This document shows positions 34,050 through 42,724 of a stretch of 42,724 nucleotides of DNA, in pieces. Position numbers and translations under genes: made by a program. The stretch covers positions 1 to 42,724 of the forward strand of contig CAWJZV010000005.1 in assembly GCA_963847445.1 (NCBI GenBank), in the 5' to 3' direction. The notes below the pieces were generated by a model. It searched no databases. It worked only from the letters and a program-made list of their open reading frames with translations, and was not told the origin of the DNA. This DNA comes from an uncultured delta proteobacterium (GTDB taxonomy: Bacteria; Desulfobacterota; Binatia; UBA9968). Positions within the stretch are counted from its first letter, which is position 1, and each line of letters starts with the position of its first letter.

Positions 34050-34240
34050 TGTATCCACGATTGCTACAGGCGCCGCCAAAACAGAGCTTTTTCCTATTCG
34101 GGCCCCGTGGGGTCGGCAAAACGGCTTGGCTAAACCAGCAGTTTCCCGGGGCGTTGTTCTTCGATTTGCTCGATAGTCAAATTTACACGCGACTACTTGC
34201 CGGCCCAGAACGGCTCGGTGATCAAATTCCCACCTCGTAA
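34049..34240 (+). pseudogene. Truncated AAA+ ATPase (DUF4143-type) N-terminus
   Basis: SFFLFGPRGVGKT Walker A; stops at 63 aa before Walker B. Confidence 0.75.
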
Positions 34241-34303
34241 GCTTCATCGTTGATAACGGCATAATTACTTTGCTCGACTCACATGCGGAGTGCTCGGAGC
34301 ACT

Positions 34304-34594
34304 TCACCAGCCTTGTTCCCGTTCCCGCATTACAGCCGTGGCAACCAACCCTTTAGGGTCTTTGGGCCGCGGTAATTTCCAAAATCTCTTCGGCAACTTG
34401 CCAGAACCAAGTTTGATGAGACCGTGTTTCTCCATCTCAATCAAGTGGACCGGTGAGGCTTCGGATTTTTTGGTAGGAGTGAGTTTGGCGATGGGCCGCC
34501 CGCGCTCGGTAATCGTGAATTCCTCGCCTGCCTTGACCGATTTCAGATAATCGCCGAGAGAGGCCTTGAGTTTTAGCACGGTGGCGGTTTTCAT
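34304..34594 (-). CDS. Phd/YefM family antitoxin (orphan)
   Basis: Motif LKASLGDYLKSVKAGEEFTITERGRPIAKL. Confidence 0.88.
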   Translation of the reverse strand: MKTATVLKLKASLGDYLKSVKAGEEFTITERGRPIAKLTPTKKSEASPVHLIEMEKHGLIKLGSGKLPKRFWKLPRPKDPKGLVATAVMREREQGW

Positions 34595-34703
34595 TGTTTT
34601 TGCCCTTTATTCGAACTAGCATCGATTATCGTCGGTCTGGTTTTGGAGTCAACTATTAGCGTGCAGAATTGTCGATGATCGCACCGTCTCTCGGATTTAC
34701 TCC

Positions 34704-34749
34704 TCTACCAGGAGTGGTGGCGCAAGATTCAATCGGTTCATCCGGCGCT
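34704..34749 (+). repeat. Direct repeat, displaced thyX fragment
   Basis: Copy of 31331-31376. Confidence 0.85.
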
Positions 34750-34848
34750 AATGATTCGTGGAGTAGTTAGCGGAGTTAGATTGTTTATAAGTCCAAGCCC
34801 GACCTGGCGATGAGCCAGATCGTACGCGAAAACCGACGAGGGATAATC

Positions 34849-35454
34849 ATGACTCAGTCAACCGATCCCGTGCAGGACCTTATCGCGGAGCTGCGCTCTG
34901 CGTTCGAAACGGAGACCACGATCGGTCGAATCCTTGGTCGGAGCAAGGAATGCCTGGAGCGTTTTCTAGCAAATCCCGCTTCCCTCGATCGGATCAGAGA
35001 ATCGCTGGCACGGGTGCTGTCACGAAAGGCGATACCCTACGGACAGCCGGTGGATCAGGATGGTTATGGTTCGTGGCGGCTCTACACCGATCCGGATCAT
35101 CTCTTCTGTATCCGCCCTACGCACCAGCGCTCCACCACCAGCCGGCAGCCGCACGATCATGGCGAGCTCGGCTGGGCAGTTTACGGTATATTGGTGGGCG
35201 AGACGGTCCAGCAGATTTACCAGCGCGTCGACGATGGCAGCGACCCGGGCCGAGCCCAGTTGCGCCCGCTGCCGCCGATCCGTCAGAGCGCCGGAGAAGT
35301 CATTGTCATTCCCGTCGGCGCGCCGCATGCGATAATAGCTCGGACGGAAAACTGGAGCGTGGTCATCCGGAGCCGTGAGATGGAGACCGCCTGGCGCAAC
35401 TGGTACGACGCCGAGGCCGGAACCGTGGAGCGAAAAGTCTTTGGCTACGGTTAA
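34849..35454 (+). CDS. Cysteine-dioxygenase-like cupin protein
   Basis: PHDHG..WAVYG..GE and IP.GAPHAI give a 3-His site; RBS gaggg. Confidence 0.7.
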   Translation: MTQSTDPVQDLIAELRSAFETETTIGRILGRSKECLERFLANPASLDRIRESLARVLSRKAIPYGQPVDQDGYGSWRLYTDPDHLFCIRPTHQRSTTSRQPHDHGELGWAVYGILVGETVQQIYQRVDDGSDPGRAQLRPLPPIRQSAGEVIVIPVGAPHAIIARTENWSVVIRSREMETAWRNWYDAEAGTVERKVFGYG

Positions 35455-35596
35455 AAAGCAGCGCCGCCCAAGGACTGGGTTCGACAAGGCTCTCTATTGC
35501 CACGGCGTGAGCGGCAATCGTCACGCCTTGCGGACCATGGTGCAACTTGCCGACGACTAGGCCCTGACCTTCAGCGGGGTAACGAGGAGCATCCAT

Positions 35597-36155
35597 ATGA
35601 TCGCCAAACCGAAAGCGCCACGAGTCGGAGTAAAAGCCCCTGAGTTTGTCATCGACACACCCGATGGCAGGTTTTCGCTGCATCAATTGGCGGCGCGACA
35701 TGAGAAACTCATTCTCACGACTCAGGATAGTTACCGATATCATCCAAACTGAGCCGCCAGCATGGCTGCTTCGTTGAAGCAGGATTACGCGAAGATTCTT
35801 AAGGCGGGAGCCGAATCTCGTCATGATCTCGCCCGATTCTCTCGAAGAACATCGCCAATATGCGCTCACGCTCTTGCGCGAGGAACTTCCCTACCTCTAC
35901 GTCTCGGACAGCGACCTCGACATCGCGCGGCGCTACGGCCTGATCCGCAAGGAAGAGCATCCCCACGGTGGATTTTATTATCGCTCGCTCTGGATACTGA
36001 ACCGCGACGCGATGATCACTTACAAGAGCGTACCCTGGGAAGGCAACGCGCAAGTCGAAGAATACCAGAAATTATTCACGCTCATCGACAGCGAACCGGG
36101 AGAATGGAGAGCCACCTGTGGCTTGAAAGCGCCGGAGAAGTTACACGCAAGCTGA
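35597..36155 (+). CDS. Peroxiredoxin-like (AhpC/TSA) protein, candidate selenoprotein (UGA codon 52; one frameshift near 35816)
   Basis: RBS GAGGAG. Motifs VGVKAPEF, HPN*AASMAASLKQDY, VMISPDSLEEH, VSDSDLDIARRYGL, RSLWILNRD. Confidence 0.75.
35750..35783 (+). promoter_or_regulatory. In-frame UGA plus putative bacterial SECIS hairpin
   Basis: TGA 35750-35752. Stem ctgcttc/gaagcag (35766-35782) with a GTT loop starting 20 nt after the UGA. Confidence 0.6.
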
Positions 36156-37019
36156 AATTGAGGGGAAGAGGCACGAAACGTTTTGCTGTCGCGCAAGACT
36201 GTTGAGGACAACCGACAATTCGTACGTCAAGGAAAGTTTGGCCGACGAGATTCACATGGCAAGTTTATCAATACTCGACGTCTAACCCCCGGTCCGCTTC
36301 CTGGTGGTGTTCGGCAACGAGTCTGCTCTTACGAATGCCTACCCCTCTCAGCGATGGAGAAGTGATTGCGTCGAGCGGTTGATGCGATACTACCACTCGG
36401 CCAGTACGACGTTTCAGTATTTTCGATATCCAAATCGAAAATTACCTTTACATCTAAACCGTTTTGGCACGCTGGCATTAGAGTCAACCAGTTTTCTATA
36501 CTCGTCGTTCGATGATAGGCCTGATTAGATCCACTGGTAATGGTTTGGACAGGCTTGCGCACCCCTTCGATAGAGGAGCTCCAAGATTTTGCAAAGAAAT
36601 TAGAAGACTACAAAAGGAACTCCGGCTCGGCAAGGATGGGTTTTCATGGCGGCCGGGATCGTATCGGAGAAGCTGAGGGTCTCGGCATCTTTGAGCGTTG
36701 AAAGCGGAAGAGCACGTGGATTGGTCGGGATCGTTCGCGTATGGTTCCTCGCTTTTTATCTGTGCTTCAAGAAAGAGGTGACCTCGCTGGCCACCACTTG
36801 GATCTGGAACGAGTTCACCAATGACTTGCCAGCCGGAAAATACTTCCGCAAATGTAGGAAGATTCGGGGTCCGACTTTGACATCAACACCAGGTTTCGCG
36901 ACCAGCATGAGCGCCGCGATTGAGCAGCGCAACAAACGCATGACGGTTCGCGTGACGCGCAGACTGCCTAATTGTTTAAGTTTATCAAAATGGACGCTGA
37001 TGGAGTCAGTTTTCTTTGC

Positions 37020-37114
37020 GTCGCCTGTTCTTAACGCTTCCACCCTGCAACTCGTCATTCACCCGCTGTGTCAAACGAAAATCGAAAATCTCCTCGGGCT
37101 TAACGCCGCGCTTG
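37020..37114 (-). repeat. Direct repeat, displaced 3' end of the binding-protein gene
   Basis: Matches 39412-39508 with 2 substitutions and 2 single-base indels. Confidence 0.92.
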
Positions 37115-37336
37115 CTCCGTGGCCGCTTCGTCCGTTGCGAAAGCGTGGGTGCGTGCGCGCGTTCAAGTTGATAAAAATGTGACGGTTTTTCGCGATCGCG
37201 GAGCTCGAAGGCGTGCGATTTACATTCCACTAGCCCTTGAATTATCGCTGACCCGATTGAGCGAAACGATGGAACACGGTAATTGTATACCTTGTTCTCA
37301 TCCTCAAGGATCGAGCTACCGAAAAGGTCAACAATT

Positions 37337-39325
37337 ATGGGCGACCCACCAAGCGCCGCTTCGAGATCCCTCCTGAACAACAAGCGATCCAAGATCGGTG
37401 TTTTCACCCTTCGCGCAAGTTTACGGAATTCCCGATAGAAGAAGTCGAGCAATCGATTCCTGAGCGATTTGACAAGATCGTGCGCATGTATCCAGACCGG
37501 ATCGCGGTCAAGATGGGCGACCGGGCGATGACGTATGATGAGCTGAATCAAGCGGCAAACCGTATCGCCTATGCCGTTTTGGAAAAGCGCGGTTCGATGG
37601 CCGAACCGATTGTGCTTTTGTTCGAGCATAGCAGCGACGTCATCACGGCTATCCTCGGCGTTCTCAAAGCCGGCAAGTTTTACGTTTCGGTGGATGTTTC
37701 ATTTCCTGAGCAACGGATAAACCAAATCCTTGGGGATTGCCGAACCGGCCTGATTCTGACCAACCATCGCAATGCCGATCTTGCCCGCCGGCTGTCCGGT
37801 CGAGGGTGCGAGGTAATAAACATCGATCTACTCGATTCTTCTGAAACATGTGACAACCCAACGATTCACCCTTCTCCCGGCAGCCTTGCGTCGATCCTCT
37901 ATACATCCGGTTCTACCGGAAAACCTAAAGGCATAGCTCATAGTCATCGAAGTCAACTCCACACCGTGATGGTCAATACCAACGGGACGCGCATCTGTTA
38001 TCAGGATAGACTGACGCTTATTCACTCCGTGGGTTTTGGCTCAGCACAGGCGCACCTTTTTCAGTCCCTGCTTAACGGCGCGTCGCTTTTTTCATTTGAT
38101 CTGAAGTCCGACGGCATTCACCGCTTGGCGAAATGGCTTAACGAGGAGAGCATCACGGTGTATCACTCTCCACCGGCTGTCTTCCGCCAGCTCGCAGAAG
38201 CCATAGCTGTGGAAGAGCCGCTTTCCTGTTTGCGATTGATCCGGCTGTCCGGAGCCGCTGTGACCCGTTTAGATTATGATCTTTACAAAAAGACCTTCGC
38301 CCCCGGCGCTTTATTGCAAGTGGTGATGAACTCGACGGAAGCCAATGTGATCTGCTCGTTTCTAGCCGACGGCAGTTACGCTTTTCCTGACCGCGGCTCC
38401 CCGGGCGGTTATGCGGTTACGGGCAAGGCAATTAGATTGCTTGACGAAGATGGCTGCGAAGTCGCACTAGGAGAGGCGGGCGAAATTGCCGTTCGCAGCG
38501 CCTACTTACCCGTAGGTTCCTGGGACGATCGCGATCTCATGGCAATCCAGATTGACGCTGATCCGATGAGCGGCATCGAACGCACGGTTTTGACCGGGGA
38601 TATGGGGCGCATACTTCCCGACGGCTTGATGATTCATCTGGGACGCAAGGACTCCATGGTCAAGATCCGAGGCTATCGGGTCGATCTCAGCGAAATCGAA
38701 CGGGTGCTGCAAGGTCATCCCAACATCAAAGACACCGCTGTCGTTGCGTGGGACTCTGAGCCGGGTGAGAAACCCATTGTGGGGTATGTCGTCCCGCGCA
38801 ATCAGCCTTTCCCACCGGTGGATGAGCTCAACGCCTACCTCAGAGCCAGAGCTGCCTGCCTACATGATTCCAACGGCCTACGTCTTTTTGGACGTGTTGC
38901 CGCTGATCAACGGTAAGCTGGATCGCACGGGACTTCCCAAGCCAGAGGGCGAAAGACCAGTGCTAAGCTGCCCGTACGTTTCTCCACAGAATGTAATCGA
39001 AAAGGAATTAGTCCGGATCTGGGAGGAAGTTCTCGATGTTCGTCCGATCGGTATTAACGACAACTTTTTTGATTTGGGCGGACACTCGCTCGCAGCCACG
39101 CGGGTTATCTCTCGGGCTGTTGAGAAATTTCAATTAAAGCTGCCGCTGCAATCGTTGTTCCAATCGCCCACAGTGAACCAAATGGCGAAGGTGTTCCAAA
39201 TGAACGAAGGGAAGAAAGCGACCGAGATGGATTTAGAACGAATACTCGGTGAGATCGAAGCGATGTCGGAGCATGAAGCGCAACGATTGGTCGCCCACTC
39301 GATTAAATCAAAGGGATCTGATTAA
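37337..39325 (+). CDS. Stand-alone NRPS-like adenylation-thiolation (A-T) didomain (frameshifts near the start and near 38848)
   Basis: A-domain motifs YTSGSTGKPKG, TGD, GRKDSMVKIRGYRV, NGKLDR. Carrier-domain motif NFFDLGGHSL. Confidence 0.85.
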
Positions 39326-39411
39326 GCAGTAATGGAGTCGAGCCTGAGTATTGACTTATGTACGTTTGAGTTCGCGTCGCTATTCTCGAATGATTCATTT
39401 TCCTCTTGCCT

Positions 39412-39508
39412 GTCGCCTGTTCCTTAAGGCTTCCACCCCTGCAACTCGTCATTCACCCGCTGTGTCAGACGAAAATCGAAAATCTCCTCGGGCTTAACGC
39501 CGCGCTTG
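39412..39508 (-). repeat. Direct repeat, copy spanning the binding-protein stop codon
   Basis: Copy of 37020-37114. Confidence 0.92.
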
Positions 39509-40440
39509 ATGCCGCTCGCTTCGCGCGCTTCGTTGATCGCCGCTTCCATGGTCTCGCGATCGAGCAAGCCATCCGGCGCCAATGCTCCGGAGGATAAATA
39601 GTCGTGCACCTTGGCGGCGTTGGCAGGCGTGATTTTAGTCCACTGTGAAGTAATTTTAATCGCCTCGTCGCGCAACGCCAGATAGGCGCGGGACCCTTTC
39701 AAAGCTGCGCGCAGGTATTTCATGACTTCGTCGGGCCGCTTATCGAGCAAATCCTGCGTCACCGAGATCGATCCGGCAAAACCCTTGCCGTATTTGCCGG
39801 CTTGAGCAACGGAATGAAACCCCTTGGGTTCGAGCAATCCCGTGCCGTCGATATTGGCGATGACCCCTTGCACCGTGCCCATCAGCAGCGCCTGATAACG
39901 CACATCGGGACGGCCGAGGGTGAGAATCGTGACATCTTTGTCGACTTCCAGGCCGTGGCTCTGAAGAATCGAACGAGCAACCATGAATGTAACGCTGCCG
40001 CGATCGGCAACCGCGACTTTTTTACCGCGCAGATCTTCGACTCGCTTGATCTCCGGCGCCGCGACCATGTCGTAGGGCAACTGGCGAATGAAACCCATTA
40101 AAAGTTTCAGCCTGGCGCCCTGCATGCTCGCCACCAAAGTTCCCGCGGAAGTGAGATTGACCTCGCCGGCCATCAGGGTTTTTACCGCCAGTCCGCCGGT
40201 CATGGGAATCAGTTCGACATCGAATCCCTCGGCGCGAAAATAGCCCTTCTTCTGCGCCATGATCAACGGATACGACGTAGAACCGAGCCCGGGGATACTG
40301 ATGCGCAAACGCGTCAGCTCGGCCGCCGCGGCATCACCGCCCGGAATGAATTGAAGGAGGAAGTAAAAGATCAATAAACCGTAACGCGTAATTCCTGATA
40401 GAAAAAATCTACAGTTTGTGCCAGCGATAACTCGCGCCAT
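39424..40440 (-). CDS. NitT/TauT-family ABC substrate-binding protein
   Basis: Motifs AQKKGYFRAEGFDVELI, IKRVEDLRGKKVAV; signal-like N-terminus. Confidence 0.85.
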   Translation of the reverse strand: MARVIAGTNCRFFLSGITRYGLLIFYFLLQFIPGGDAAAAELTRLRISIPGLGSTSYPLIMAQKKGYFRAEGFDVELIPMTGGLAVKTLMAGEVNLTSAGTLVASMQGARLKLLMGFIRQLPYDMVAAPEIKRVEDLRGKKVAVADRGSVTFMVARSILQSHGLEVDKDVTILTLGRPDVRYQALLMGTVQGVIANIDGTGLLEPKGFHSVAQAGKYGKGFAGSISVTQDLLDKRPDEVMKYLRAALKGSRAYLALRDEAIKITSQWTKITPANAAKVHDYLSSGALAPDGLLDRETMEAAINEAREASGIKRGVKPEEIFDFRLTQRVNDELQGWKP

Positions 40441-40571
40441 CGTGCAACCTCCAGAACGACCCGCCTGGCGCACTTCTAAGCCTTGGCCTGCGCCGCTGTC
40501 AAGCCAATAAGTTTGCCTTGACAGATCCGCACAAACAGTTGTACTCGAAGCCAGCAGCCGAAATCGAACTT

Positions 40572-40619
40572 AACGGCTTGAACGGAGCAACGCGATTGAA
40601 CGATTTGAACGGTTTGAAC
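40572..40619. repeat. ttgaacg short tandem repeat
   Basis: Inverted relative of 4932-4985. Confidence 0.6.
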
Positions 40620-40641
40620 ACGAGCGTAGCGAGGTTTAGTC

Positions 40642-41780
40642 ATGAAGAACGGATTCAAAATCATCGATTCCGACATGCATATCATGGAGCCCTTGGACCT
40701 GTGGGAGAACTATATCGACCCGCGCTTCAAAGACCGTGCGCCACGGCCGGTGCGGGTGCCGACCCGCGGCGATTTGAATTTGTTGATGATCGACGGCAAA
40801 GAGCCGCGGCAAAATAGTCCGACGCTTGCCCATGACTTGCGCATGATCAGCGGCAAACGTAACACCACCCGCGGCGATGTCATCGATTTTGCGCGCAAAC
40901 AGAATTTCAACGCCAAGTCGCAGCTCGAAGCGATGGACATCGAGGGCATCGACGTCGCCGTGCTGTTTCCCACGGCGTGCCTGCATATCATGACCATGGC
41001 CGGACATGGACCCGTTATTAGCCGAAGCGATCTGCCGCGCCTATAACGATTGGCTCTACGACTTCTGCCAGGAGAATCCGTAAGCGGCTCTTTGGCGCCG
41101 CCTTGCTGCCACCGCACGATGTTTCCCTTGCCGTGCGCGAAGCGAAACGCGCCCGCGAGAAGTTGGGATTTGTCAGCGCATTCCTGCGCGCCACGCCGCT
41201 GCCCGGACAAACCTGGTTCAGTGTTTACTGGGAGCCGCTCTGGGCCGAGCTCGAAGAAACCGGCATGACCGTTGGATTTCATGAATGCACCAACTCCGGC
41301 CACTATCCCCATCTCGAACGCTTCGGCATGGGCAACCGCCTGCTGCGCCACATCTGCACTCATGTCACCGGCCAGATGGTGACCATGGTCGACATCATCG
41401 TCGGCGGCGTGTTGGAACGGTTTCCCCAACTCAAAGTCGCGTTCCTGGAGTGCAACTGCGGCTGGGCGCCCTCATGGCTGCAGCGCATGGACCGCCACTG
41501 GAGCCAGCTCGGCAAAAACGACGCGCCGCTGCTGACCATGAAGCCCAGCGATTATTTCAAACGCAATTGCGTGATCGGTTGCGAGGGCGACGAAGCCGAT
41601 GTTGGCTACGTCGTGCAACAGCTTGGCGACGACAACATCGTGTTCTCATCGGACTACCCGCACAGCGACTCGGACTTTCCCAAGGCGACGCAGGAGTTTT
41701 TTCATCAAGAGATGCCGGCGGATAGCCGCAGAAAGATCCTGTGGGACAATTGTGTGAAGTTTTATGGGATAGCAAGCTGA
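40642..41780 (+). CDS. Amidohydrolase family protein (Amidohydro_2; two frameshifts near 41015 and 41075)
   Basis: Motifs IIDSDMHIMEP, GIDVAVLFPT, GFHE, GVLERFPQLKVAFLE, FSSDYPH. Confidence 0.88.
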
Positions 41781-41855
41781 CGCTTTCACTGCAAAGTTTA
41801 GGATTCAAAGCGAAGGCAGGCTATCTTTAACGTTAACCTGGAAACGTCGAACCAG

Positions 41856-42724
41856 TCATTTTTGCCGCTCGCTCTCCACCGCGCGCAGATAGCTCATATC
41901 GATAAACGTCGCTGCCGGCGGCGCATCTTTAATCTTGCCGTCTTCCTTGAGCACGTCGATGATCGATTGAATCGCGCTCACCGATACGAACGGGTAATCC
42001 GGATAAACTCCCAGCAACGTCTGGTAGCGGCGCGTCAATACGGCTGGATCGTTCTCGCGGTATATTTTGCCCAGCAGTTGGGTGGTGCCCCTGGGATCGG
42101 TTTTGATGAATCGAATGGTATCGACGACACCGCGCAACAAGCGCATGACGGTATCGCGGTTGGCCCGCGCAAAGGATTCCGTCACCATGATTCCCGAGCC
42201 CATGAAATCGATGTCCTCGGTTTCAGCCAACAGCCGCAGCCCATGCTGCTCGAGAAAATGCTTATCGAAGCTGCTCAAGACGACGGCATGGACGGCGCCT
42301 GAAGTCACCGCGGCGATGCGCGCGGGAACATCGCCGACTTGAATGAAGGTCACCTCTTTGTTGGGCCGCAAATTGAGTTTGCGCAGGCCGAGCCGCATGC
42401 CGTAGTCGGCGGTGGTGCCGAAAACCCCGATGCCGACTTTCTTGCCGATCAGATCCTGCGGCGACTTGATCGAGGGATGGGCGACGATCATCTGGCCCAG
42501 GCGATTGAGCCCGGCAATGGTTATCAGATCGGCGCCGGAAAGCCGCGCATGCACCGTCTGCGGCCCGCCGGTAAAACCAAACTGGACATCGCCACTCAAC
42601 AAAAGATTGATCGACCGGCCGGCGATATACAGCGGTTCCACCGTAATCCCGTGCCGGCCAAACATGCCGGCCTGCACACCGAGCGGAAAAACCACCTGGC
42701 TGAGACTGGGCGTGCCATAGGCGG
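41856..42724 (-). CDS. NitT/TauT-family ABC substrate-binding protein (5' end outside window)
   Basis: Frame open to the window edge. Motifs IKSPQDLIGKKVGI, QVGDVPARIAAV. Confidence 0.85.
   Translation of the reverse strand, partial: AYGTPSLSQVVFPLGVQAGMFGRHGITVEPLYIAGRSINLLLSGDVQFGFTGGPQTVHARLSGADLITIAGLNRLGQMIVAHPSIKSPQDLIGKKVGIGVFGTTADYGMRLGLRKLNLRPNKEVTFIQVGDVPARIAAVTSGAVHAVVLSSFDKHFLEQHGLRLLAETEDIDFMGSGIMVTESFARANRDTVMRLLRGVVDTIRFIKTDPRGTTQLLGKIYRENDPAVLTRRYQTLLGVYPDYPFVSVSAIQSIIDVLKEDGKIKDAPPAATFIDMSYLRAVESERQK

Noticed and set aside
35460-35560. Hydrolase-like fragment LYCHGVSGNR
   Set aside because: Too short to support a call without a search.
37006-37629. 207-aa minus-strand ORF ending in a binding-protein-like tail
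   Set aside because: It is antisense to the A-domain, and the tail is the duplicated 3' end.
31484-39411. Prophage, IS element or integron
   Set aside because: No integrase, transposase, phage genes or recognisable attC array.

Overview
Bacterial, GC-rich window. The gene style (NitT/TauT binding proteins, amidohydrolases, cupins) suggests a Ca. Binatia/Deltaproteobacteria-like genome, but that is an inference. Many core genes carry single-base, mostly +1, frameshifts, which points to an unpolished long-read assembly. In order, the window holds: a cupin gene; a minus-strand catabolic operon (two ornithine-cyclodeaminase-family genes, an isochorismatase-family hydrolase, an M24 peptidase); a ferredoxin; a solute-binding protein; ybeY; prfB with its programmed +1 frameshift; an arsenosugar-type cluster (ArsM-like, ArsS, TVP38, MerA-like flavoprotein, DUF547, TIGR04283/TIGR04282-type transferases); a pentose-phosphate operon (tkt, rpiB, tal-pgi, gnd, zwf, glk, pgl); an SDR; an FAD oxidoreductase; and a long ThyX. 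A variable region (about 31.5-39.4 kb) follows, then a binding protein, an amidohydrolase and a partial binding protein. Top leads: (1) an unannotated peroxiredoxin-like gene with an in-frame UGA in an unusual HPN-U motif and a SECIS-like hairpin; (2) two integrase-free cargo blocks, each followed by a duplicated 3' segment of the adjacent core gene; (3) DNA palindromes inside the coding linker of a DUF1016/YhcG nuclease; (4) a 200-bp dispersed multi-hairpin repeat with compensatory base changes.
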